Shown: in pieces, positions 53,476-64,000 of the stretch
Numbering within the stretch: the stretch's first letter is position 1
Layout of the letters: each line of letters starts with the position of its first letter
DNA from: Azolla caroliniana
Taxonomy: Eukaryota; Plantae; Polypodiophyta
Direction of reading: 5' to 3'
Length of the DNA: 64,000 nt
NCBI GenBank assembly: GCA_043228905.1
Contig: JBHGNT010000002.1
Coordinates: 6,448,001 to 6,512,000, forward strand
Program-made: the position numbers and the translations under genes
Notes under the pieces: model-generated
What the model was told of the DNA's origin: nothing
What the model saw: the letters and a program-made list of their open reading frames with translations, nothing else
Databases searched by the model: none

Positions 53476-56400
53476 GCTCACTGGATGAAGAGACATATTC
53501 GTGAATATGTTTCTGAGAGTCCATCGAGGCTATATTTGTAAATAGCCGAAAAGTCCTATTAGTATAAATATGACTTAGGGCAAACTTTTAGTTACAGTTG
53601 TTGTCACTCTTGTTGGTGTAAGAAGAGAGAGCGCGTGACAATGTACAGAGCGAGAGAGAGAGAGAGAGAAAGAGGTCGCTGCCTCTGTTGTAACCGCTGC
53701 CTGTGGCGAAGATCGTGAGCATGAGGTCTTTGCCTCCGTGAACTCACTGTTGTACATTCTAACATAGTGATAGTTTGCAGCCTGGGGGCTGCTGTGGTTT
53801 TTTCCCGAGTTTGGGGTTTTCCACGTAAACATCCAATGTACTCTTCTCTTCTTTGTGTCGTGCTTTCATTCCCGTTTTCTGTGTATGATTCTAAGCTCGG
53901 TTGTGGCCGAGCACTGCGTATAACAGAGCGTTAAGTTCCCGTCAAGTGGAGTACCCTTGGACAGAGACACACCACAGAGAGTCTGGACCGGTAAGGAAGT
54001 GTCCTACCGGCATCTGAAGGTGTTCGGGTGTCTCGTGTACGTGCATGTAGCTAAGGACCGGAGAGGAAAGTTAGATCCAAAGACCCAGCCATGCATATTC
54101 CTCGGTTACGGCGATGATGAGTTCAGCTACCGAGTGTGGGACCCGGTCCACAAGAAGGTATTCCGGAGTCAAGATATTATCTTCATGGAGGACAAGACGC
54201 TCGCCGACTGGGAGTGGGAGAAGAAGATAATGAACTCCGAGTTGACCGGTAAGGATAGATTCTATGATGAGCAGACCCAACCGGCAAGAGACTGGTTAGC
54301 ACTCGAGGAACCAGCCAGTTACGGTGAGGATACCAAACCGGGAGAAGAAGAAGTAGAGGAAGCTGAAACCGGAACCGGCCAAGACCCCGAATCGGATTCG
54401 GATGAAGAGCAAATGGAGGAGCCGGTTACCGAAACCCGCAGACAGAGATATCCTATCAGAGAGAGAAGGCCCCCCCAGAGATTTCCGAATGCAAAGCATG
54501 TTCTGCTGACCGATGAGGGGGAGCCGGAAAGCTTCGAAGAAGCGAAGGATGACACCCACAACCGAAAATGGTTAAGTGACATGCAGGATGAGATGGATTC
54601 CCTGCATGAGAACCATACGTACGAATTGGTGGAGTTGCCGAAAGGAAAGCGGGCACTTCGAAATAAGTGGGTGTACAAGTTGAAACCGGGAGATGCCGGC
54701 AACCCCCTGAGATACAAAGCCAGGATCGTGGTGAAGGGGTTCCAGCAAAAGAAGGGCGTGGACTTCGACGAGATATTTGCACCGGTAGTAAAGATGACCT
54801 CCATCCGGACGGTGCTGAGTATAGCGGCAAGCATGGACCTCGAGGTAGAGCAGCTAGACGTGAAGACGACATTCCTTCACGGCGACCTCGAAGAGGAGAT
54901 CTACATGCAGCAATCGGAAGGATTCGTGGAGAAAGGGAAGGAGCACCTGGTTTGCCGGTTGAAGAAGAGCCTCTACGGGTTGAAGTAGGCCCCCCGGCAA
55001 TGGTACCGGAAGTTCGAATCCTTCATGACTGATCAAGGGTACCACAAGACGCATGCCGATCATTGCGTGTTTGTGAAGAAGTTCGAAGGAGGCGACTTCC
55101 TGATACTCCTTCTGTACGTGGACGACATGTTGATCGTCGGACGGGACCAAGCCAAAATACGGATGCTAAAGAAGGCTCTCAACCAGACCTTCTCAATGAA
55201 AGACTTGGGTCCGGCAAGACAGATGCTGGGGATGCATATCATCCGGAACCGGTCAATGAAGCAATTGTGGCTGTCACAGGAGAAGTACGTGACAAAGGTG
55301 CTTCAGCGGTTCAACATGTCAGATGCGAAACCGGTCGGGTCGACACTTCCAGCAAACTGCAGGCTATCTGGTAAGCAAAGCCCGAAGATGAAAGCAGAGA
55401 AGGCGGATATGATGAAGATTCCATATGCCTCTACCGTCGGGAGCTTGATGTACGCAATGGTGTGTACCCGACCGGATATAGGATACGCAGTCGGAGTGGT
55501 GAGCCGGTTTATGAGCAATCCCGACAAGGAGCACTGGAACGCGGTCAAATGGATACTCCGGTATTTGAAGGGGACTTCAAATATGTGTCTCCGATTCGGA
55601 TCCGGAAAACCTCAACTTGACGGTTTCACCAATTCGGACATGTCGGCTGATGTGGATACCAGCCGGTCTACATCCGGGTATGTAATGACATATGCAGGGG
55701 GAGCTGTATCGTAGCAGTTGAGGCTGCAGAAGACGGTTGCATTGTCAACCACGGAAGCGGAGTACATGGCGGCTGTGGAAGCCGGCAAGGAAATACTATG
55801 GATGAAGGACTTCATCGGAGAGCTCGGTATCCGGCAAAATGAATACCGACTCTATTGCGACAGTCAAAGTGCCATCCACCTTGCTAAGAATGCGGCTTAC
55901 CATTCCCGGACCAAGCATATCCAGTGAAGGTATCACTGGATCCGGGAAAGAGTAGATGACCAGGAGTTCGCGCTGACGAAGATCCACATGGTCAAGAACG
56001 GGTCAGATATGCTGACCAAAGTGCTGATACCCGACAAGTTGGATGCATGCAGGAAGCGGATCGGACTAGTAAGACACCCCATGCCGGAGTGAAGGGGGAG
56101 TTTGTTGGGAAGAGAGAAGAACAGTGCCGATGAGGTGTACCCGGCTATGGAGAGCCGGATGGTGCAGACCCGGTGAGAACCGGATGAGGAGTACCCGGCT
56201 ACGGAGAGCCGGATTGTGCAGACCCGGTGAGAACCGGATGAGGAGTACCCGGCTACGGAGAGCCGGATGGTGAAGACCTGGTGAGAACCGGATGAGGAGT
56301 ACCCGGCTACAGGGAGCCGGATGGTGCAGACCTGGTGAGAACCGGATGAGGAGTACCCTGCTACGGAGAGCCGGATGGTGCAGACCCGGTGAGAACCGGA

Positions 56401-57538
56401 TGAAGAGACATATTCGTAAATATGTTTCTGAGAGTCCATCGAGGCTATATTTGTAAATAGAAGAAAAGTCATATTAGTACAAATATGACTTAGGGCAAAC
56501 TTTTAGTTACAGTTGTTGTCACTCTTGTTGGTGTAAGAAGAGAGAGCGCGTGACAGTGTACAGAGCGAGAGAGAGAGAGAGAGAAAGAGGTCACTGCCTC
56601 TGTTGTAACCGCCACATGTGGCGAAGATCGTGAGCACGAGGTCTTTGCCTCCGTGAACTCACTATTGTACATTCTAACATAGTGATAGTTTGCAGCCTGG
56701 GGGCTGCTGTGGTTTTTTCCCGAGTTTGGGGTTTTCCACGTAAACATCCAGTGTACTCTTCTCTTCTTTGTGTCGTGCTTTCATTCCCATTTTCTGTGTA
56801 TGATTCTAAGCTCGGTTGTGGCCGAGCACTGCGTATAACGGAGCGTTGTCGTGAAGAAAACCGTCCCCAGGCGTAAACCGTGTATAGTGTGTGTGAACCG
56901 GCCTTTACACGTGGGCATGCCCCTTGTTGTATAGTAGATAGGTAGGCACCAAGGTCAAATCCTAGGTAGCAATATTCTATAGGGGAAAATCGAGGAGTAT
57001 CTTTGTCCGAAAGGACAGAGAATTAATGTGAAGTAAATGGGTGAAACGACCTCCCTCCTTGAGCTATAAAAGAGAGGGAGACGGGGGGGGGGGGGGGGGA
57101 GAGTGGGGGTATCACGCGCTAGAGGGGACGAAGTGCTGTCGGACTGGGACCGAGCTCTTCTCTGTCGTTCTCCAAAGCTTCCTTTTGCGCAGGTTCTCAG
57201 GAGGCTGATCCTGCTCCGTGGAACACCCGTGTGCTTCCAGCAGAATCTCCATCTTGCTCTCCTGTGTGCGTGGGTGATCAGGTGCCGGCATCCATCTCGC
57301 TGACCTGATCGGCTGTAACCATTTGAGTCGTCTGCATACATACAAATACATACACATATTTATATACATACGTTAGTGTTCTCAACTCGTGTCTCCTGTG
57401 TTGTTGGGCCGCGTCCCCGTGCGCTTCTTTGTCTATACGTGTGTGAGCGTCTCTCTCTCTCTCTCTCTCTCTCTCCCTCTCTTCTCACCTATTCCTCGGT
57501 CCAAGACCCCAGTGAAGCAGGCGGCAGAGGAGTAGAAG

Positions 57539-59665
57539 ATGAGGGGGTCGGACCTCGCAGAAGCCATGGCTTCGGCTGTGGACCGTATAGTGAGTGCGCG
57601 CGAAGGCACTGGCACCCTTGATAGGGCTATCGAGGCGGTTGTTGGTACGATCGGCCGGTTTAGTGGGAAGGATGCCACGAGCTACTTGGCATCCTACCGG
57701 GCTGAGATGGTAATGAGGGACATTCCGGAAGAGAGGCGTCTAGCCGGATTCCCTAGAGTGGCGATTCCGGGCATCCATACGGAGGTGCTCGAGGTACGGG
57801 CCGAGAGCCGGACCTGGGAGGAATTTGAAGGTCGGCTCCTTGAAAAATATGGGCTTGAAGATGCGCTTCGACTTTCGAAGCGGGACTTCATGGAGTGGGT
57901 GGAGACCCCCGACAAAGGAAGGAACGCGTTGGTGCTCCTCCGGGAGTTTGAGGAACGCTTCGCGCGCCTCTTGGTGCTTGACCGGACCGTTCTGGACACA
58001 AGTCGTGTCCTATTGTTTGTTAAGTCAGTTGACGAGCGGGATCGGGAGCAAGTAGGCCTCCTATAGGAGACTGATGACGGGCTGACGGCCAACTGGGCCG
58101 TGGTAAAGAGGGTCTGTGGCCGTTTCGACAAACGACGGGAATGGGTTGACAAAGGATCGACAGGGGCGGGCTCTGTCGCAGCAAGGAAGCTCGAGCCAAC
58201 ACCACCAGCGCGAAGGGAAGTGACCCGAGATTGGCTCGAGACCAGATCAGCTTCGACCGGCATGGTCAAGGGCTCGCCCGGGGGAGCGGCTCTGGAGGAA
58301 CTGACGCGGATGGTAAAGGATCTCCAGATCGCCCAGACACGGAGGGACGGTGGCGAACAGACCCGTGACCGACGACCTCTGGCTGGAAACAGGTGCATGT
58401 GGTGTGACGCGGTTGGCCACATCCGGAAGGACTGCGGGGACTTCGCCGAGGCGATGAGAAGCAACGTGGTGTACCTGTGGAGCGGTTGGGTGCACGCAAG
58501 CGAGACCCGAAGGCCCCTGGACCTGAACGTCGGGCGAGGAGGTATGAAAAGGCTGATGAAGGAGGCGGCGGCTCGTCACACGGAGACCGTCCACTATTCG
58601 GCGTCGGCTGGTATTCGGGTCGGAGGTGGCGAGGCCCCGAAGACGAACAAAGCCGGGTTCTGGCCGACGATGCTAGAAGGCCTCGCAGGCGCACGACTAA
58701 GGAAAGAAGAGGCGGACCGCGCGGAAAAACGGGTCTGGGAGGTAACTGGGTGGAGTGACCCGTTGGAAGAAAAGACGGGCTTCGTCGAAGCCGCTTGTCA
58801 AAACTACGAGGCTCTGGTGGAGGACAAACGGGTAGGGAAAACCGGAGGGGCCGGGCCCTCACAACGATATGAAACTCGATTCAGACTAAGGCGGAATGAG
58901 GACGGTGTACTCGACGCCCAGGATAATCCCAAGAAGGGCGAGTACCGGCTGGGCACAGAAATCGAAAGATCCACGGACCTGCGAAAGGTCCTGGAAGAAC
59001 GAATCCTCGACAGCAAGGTGGAACTGTCGCTGAGGGAAGTGCTTGGGATCGCCAAGAAGGATTTCCATGACTCCATCGTAGACTTGGTGAAGAGGAAGAG
59101 GCTGTCGACGGAGACAGAACCGGAGAAGCCGGTGGAGTTGCGGACGACGCACATAGAGGACATGGCGCTGGAAGACGAGTTGGCGGAGAGCCACTATTCG
59201 AGGCCGCACTGGGCCAGAGCGACCATGGAGACCCCCGTGAAGATCGGAGATGTTCATGAACCGGTGGTGGCATTGGTGGACCACGGTTCAGAAATCAACT
59301 TGATGTCCATGGACTTCTATAAGAAGGGGAAATGGCCGATCAACACCAAGCACGGGTGGAAAATACGGGCAGTGACGCGTGCCACCAAAGAACTGTATGG
59401 AGCCTGCCCGAATGTACGAGTAAAGATCGGCGATGTCGAGATTGACCAGCACTTCTTCGTGCAGGAGACGTCCTCACATCCGGTTATACTAGGAGAACCG
59501 TACATCACGGCAGCACGGATGGAGACCAAGGTGTTGGACAACGGCTTGGCCTATGCAAGGGTCAAGAGCCAGGATGGGCGTCACTCGGTCCAGTTCTTGA
59601 CGGTGAGACTGAACCATGAGCGGAACCGCGAGACCCTCGGGGGCGAAAGCCGAGAGAATTTTTAG
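57539..59665 (+). pseudogene. Element G ORF1: gag plus aspartic protease (one internal stop at about 58064)
   Basis: ORFs 57539-58066 and 58100-59665 are in the same frame; ends GAG AAT TTT TAG. Confidence 0.85.
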
Positions 59666-62600
59666 AGAGGGCTATCAAGGCATGGGGCCGCGATAGTCCG
59701 GACACTCCGGGAAAACCCCACAAGTGTACGATAGCGAAGAAGACCTGTACTATAAGTAGGAAATTTTGGTTCTCTGATAACGGAGGGTGTACGATAGTCG
59801 ACGTTGTTGGCCAGAAGAAGAAAAGGGCGGAGGAGCGACTTCGGGCATGTGGTATCCTCGGCCTTGGAGAGGAAATCAACGGAGCTGTGGAGGCGGTCTC
59901 TTTCGACGATACCTTGGGGGAGTTGCGAGAGGTAGTCGGAGGAGTCCTTAAAGAGGACCGGACGATTCCGGTATGTTCGGAAAGGATGTACGAAGTCATC
60001 GCGGACTTCAGTAGAGGGCTTGAGTCGGATCGGACGGCCCGGGTGGACACGAGGTACAAGACTGTGGACCGGAAGGTGAGGCCAGTCGCGGCTCCCTTGC
60101 CGGAGGGCAGCGAGTTGTGAATAAAGGGGGTTGCGTCGGACCCGAGTTTACAAAATCCGGCCCGCATAGGACACACGTTCACTGACATAACGCTGCGCGA
60201 GCTCAAAATCGGTGGGGGCGGCTTCCTACTGCTGGCGGAAGCGGACCGTTTTCAGGGAATGCTCGGAAGGCACGGGAAGGCTTTCGCATTCTCACCGGAG
60301 GAGATCGGGTGCGTAAACCCCACAGTCGTGGAACCGATGGTGATATTCACGGAACCGCATGTGCCGTGGAGTCTCAAACCGATTCCAGTACCCAGAGCTC
60401 ACATCCCGAAGCTGATGGAGTTGTTAAAGCAGAAGGTCGAGATGGGAATCCTCGAACCGTCGAGTGCCCCATACTCGAATCGGTGGTTTACCGTGCCAAA
60501 GAAGGACGGCACGCTGTGCTTTATTCAAGACCTGCATCTGGTCAACAAGGTGACCATTCGAAATGCAGGAATCGGACCGACAATAGATGAGTTCGCGGAG
60601 GCCTTCGCCGGAAGGTCGATTTACTCGGTCGGTGATCTCTACTTGGGGTACGATCAGTTCCAGCTAGCCATAGAGAGCAGAGACATCACGACAATGTGAA
60701 CTCCTCTCGGCCTAGTAGGGATGTGTACCCTACCACAAGGAGGGACGAACTTGGTGGCTCACATGGTGAACGCAATGAACAAGGTGCTGAGGGATTGTAT
60801 CCCGGACATCACCATGCCATTTCTGGATGACGTCCCGATCAAGGGATGCCCGGTGGAGGAAAGGGACGACACGATTGGACCAGACGGGTGCCGGAAATTC
60901 GTGGTGACGCACATCGATGAATGCGAGAAGGTGCTGCAGAGGTTGGAGGGCGCGAGGCTCACCTTCTCCGGTGAAATATCGGCCTTCGGGCAATCAGAGA
61001 TCCTGGTCGTCGGACACCTATGCGGGTCGTACGGCCGGAAACCGTCTCCTGCTAAGGTAGAAGCCATCTCCGCGATGAAGGACGACTGTAGCTCGGTCAC
61101 GGAGGTTCGGAGGTTCTTGGGAGCGTGCGCGTTCTACCACATATGGATCCCGCATTACGCTCACGTCGCGGAGCTGTTATACGGGTTGTTGAAAAAGGGG
61201 CGAAAATTCGAGTGGAGAGACGAGCATACGGAGTCTGTCCGAAAGATGAAGGAAGCACTTGCCGCAGCTCCGGCGCTCCGAAAGGCTGTCTACGGAAAGG
61301 ACACTCCAATTTACGTAACGATAGACACGAGTGCGACCGAGATCGGATGGGTCGTCAACCAAGAGGACGAGGACGGCATGCGTTTCCCGATCCGGTTCGG
61401 CGCGAAGGTCTTCAACGAGCGACAATGAGGATACGCCCAGGTTAAATGCGAGCTCTGGGGTATCATTTCAGCGGTAAAGGCCGATAAAGACTACATGATC
61501 GGGGTAGAGGTAATTATCGAGACGGACTGCCTGCCAATTCTTGGCATGGTTTCCGGATGCGCGACGCCGGACCTGGCAATGCTCAGGTGGATAGCGTACA
61601 TCAAGTCCCTGAATCCGGAAATACAACACATTTCCAAGAAAGACAATGCCATGGACGACATGCTTTCAAGGGCGAGGTTCGAAAACGAGGGCGGCATGGA
61701 TTCGGAGGACGAGGAAGTCGGCGTGGACTTCTTCAAGACGGCTCACGTAACAACCGGCAAGGAATGCACTCCAACGCTTAATGATTTCGACGAGAGCAAG
61801 TACGACGGGGAGTGGGTGCAGATCGGCGGGTTCCTAAAAACAATGACACCGGACGCGGCATGGACAACGGACGATGCCAACCGGATTCGGAAAAAAGCCT
61901 ACCGATTCTTTCTCCGGGACGGGTACATATGGAAGCACCCAAAGAAGAGGAACGACATCCCGCTCCAAGTGGTGGCGAAGAAGGAGGAACATGAGGATTT
62001 GCTGGCGGCGTACCATGATAGTCCTTGGGCTGGACACCGTGGAATGTGGGCCACATTCGAAAAGTTAAAAGGGAAGTACTAGTGGCCGGGACTATACCGG
62101 GACGTGCATCGGTTCGTGGCGACTTGCGAAAGCTGCCAGGTGCACTCCATGATCCGACACAGGGACGAGCTTCAACCGACCTACCCTCCGACCGTCCACT
62201 TCAAATGGATGGTGGATTTGCTGACGATGCCAATGGGGGTAGGACAAATGCGCTATCTGGTGCTGGCTCGGGAGGATCTAACAAACCAGGTTGAAGGCTG
62301 AGCCCTGCAGAACAAGACGACTGCAGCTGTATGCCGGTTTTTGATTGAGGACGTGGTATGCCGATATGGGTGCGTAGGGAAGATCGTGGCTGACCGTGGT
62401 GAGTTGGACGCAGAAGAGGCTGAAGAGCTGTTCGACCGGCTAGGAGTCAAACTTTCGCTCACCACAACGTATAATCCGGAGGCGAACGGGAAGGTGGAGT
62501 GCGGACACGGGCCAATTGTCAAAGCACTAGTACGGGCGTGCGGAAGCCAAGTCGGGAACTGGCCAGGGCCGCTACCTTATTTATGCCTTGTGGGCGGACC

Positions 62601-63154
62601 GGACTACGCACAGTTCGGTAACCGGGTTCATGCCGGCCGAGCTTATGTTCGGACAGAAGCCGATCATGCCAACAGAGCGAACGATCTCCTCGTGGGCCAC
62701 GGTGGACTGGAGGGATGAGATGAGCTAGGAGGAATTGTTGGCGGCGCGGATTCGATAGCTCGAACGAAGGCCGGAGGACGTAGAGCGAGCCGTGGAGAAA
62801 CTTCGGGTAGCAAGGATAAGGAACAAAGCCCGGTTCGACCGAACACACCAGCTCCGGGCAAGGAAGATCGAGGAAGGCGACTGGGTGCTAGTCTACGACA
62901 ATAGTCTCGACAATCAGCACAGGGCCACGCGGAAGTTTGCGAGGAGGTGGTTCGGGCCTTACGTAGTAACAAGCGCCAACGGCAATGGGACGTACCATCT
63001 CGCGGAGCTCGACGGTACGAGAATGGCGATACCGGTAGCGGGGAAGAGGATCAAAGCGTTCAAGAAAAGACACGACGGTGAGCTAGAGCTAGGGGGCATG
63101 GACAGCAACGACGAGCAGCCCGAGGCGGAGGATGAATCGGTAAACGAGGAATAA
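59662..63154 (+). pseudogene. Element G ORF2: RT-RNaseH-integrase in the -1 frame, with several stops
   Basis: Frame open from 59662 to 60117 and continued by ORFs 60259, 60721, 61495, 62104 and 62341; late frameshift near 62580. Confidence 0.85.
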
Positions 63155-63230
63155 AAGCAAGGATCGGTTTTCTCCCGTAGGAACCCAATTTTGGCGCATA
63201 CCGGTGGATGCGCGGTTAGGTGGGGGCGGA

Positions 63231-63958
63231 TGTCGTGAAGAAAACCGTCCCCAAGCGTAAACCGTGTATAGTGTGTGTGAACCGGCCCTTACACGTGGGC
63301 ACGCCCCTTGTTGTATAGTAGATAGGTAGGCACAAAGGTCAAATCCTAGGTAGCAATATTCTATAGGGGAAAATCGAGGAGTATCTCTGTCCGAAAGGAC
63401 AGAGAATTAATGTGATGTAAATGGATGAAACGGCCTCCCTCCTTGAGCTATAAAAGAGAGGGAGACGGGGGGGGGGAGAGTGGGGGTATCGCGCGCTAGA
63501 GGGGACGAAGTGCTGTCGGACTGGGACCGAGCTCTTCTCTGTCGTTCTCCATAGCTTCCTTTTGCGCAGATTCTCAGGAGGTTGATCCTGCTCCGTGGAA
63601 CGCCCGTGTGCTTCCGACAGATTCTCCATCTTGCTCTTCTGTGTACGTGGGTGATCAGGTGCCGACATCCATCTCGTTGACCTGATCGGCTGTAACCGTT
63701 CGAGTCGTCTGCATACATACAAATACATACACATATTTATATACATACGCTAGTGTTCTCAACTCGTGTCTCTTGTGTTGTTGGGCCGCGTCCCCGTGCG
63801 CTTCTTTGTCTATACGTGTGTGAGCGTCCCTCTCTCTCCCTCTCTCTCCCTCCCTCCCTCCCTCTCTCTCTCTCTCTCTCTCTCTTCTCACCTATTCCTC
63901 GGTCCAAGACCCCAGTGGTCCCGCCTTGTTCTCCACGCACGCGCGTAATAACGCGACA
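63231..63958 (+). repeat. 3' LTR of G (728 bp)
   Basis: Direct repeat of 56847-57514 plus about 41 extra U5 bases. Confidence 0.93.
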
Positions 63959-64000
63959 ACGTTAAGTTCCCGTCACAATGTTCAACTTCTAGAGAAGTAT

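Larger units (their letters stand above)
56847..63958 (+). mobile_element. Non-chromovirus Ty3/Gypsy element G (gag-protease / RT-RH-INT), probable 4-bp TSD GCGT/ACGT
   Basis: LTRs 56847-57514 (U5-truncated) and 63231-63958 (TGTCG...CGACA); zinc knuckle CMWCDAVGHIRKDC, protease LVDHGSEIN, RT LPQG..FLDD, integrase HHCC/ADRGE, no chromodomain; PPT AGGTGGGGGCGGA. Confidence 0.93.
53160..63975 (+). mobile_element. Ty1/Copia element D (B/C group), gag/protease/most of integrase deleted; TSD CAATG; 3' LTR split by Gypsy G
   Basis: LTRs 53160-53944 and 56103-63975; CAATG at 53155-53159 and 63976-63980; AGTGG after the LTR jumps straight to the integrase C-terminus; RT-RH about 53957-56092. Confidence 0.93.

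Noticed and set aside
56932-56962. A/B-box-like TAGTAGATAGG...GGTCAAATCC in the G LTR
   Set aside because: The B box lacks a T, spacing is far too short, and the orientation is sense.
57694-60206. Long antisense ORFs in element G and in the Copia pol regions
   Set aside because: Shadow ORFs expected opposite GC-rich coding sequence; no independent motifs.

Overview
Eukaryotic plant nuclear DNA, most likely a non-seed vascular plant (fern or lycophyte type; inferred from Tcn1-like chromoviruses and a non-chromovirus Gypsy unlike typical angiosperm lineages). Two nested LTR-retrotransposon piles (about 1-25.4 kb and 40.2-64 kb) flank an AT-rich gene island. The island holds two convergent intron-containing genes: a 9-exon METTL5-type rRNA m6A methyltransferase (26649-33122, +) and a 2-exon plastid ribosomal protein uL6c (35335-36886, -). 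LTR ends, PBS/PPT and target-site duplications could be resolved for most elements. Best candidate for an undescribed system: four different Gypsy LTR types, apparently from two lineages, each carry a tRNA-like Pol III A-box/B-box cassette near the U3 end. In every case it lies antisense to the element and points outward, next to a terminal hairpin. Also notable are a Tf1-style 11-nt self-priming signal replacing the tRNA PBS in one chromovirus, a candidate -1 frameshift (slippery site plus stem-loop/pseudoknot) after Gag-protease in the non-chromovirus Gypsy, and a defective element with apparently identical LTRs. All comparisons were made by eye; no database searches were run.
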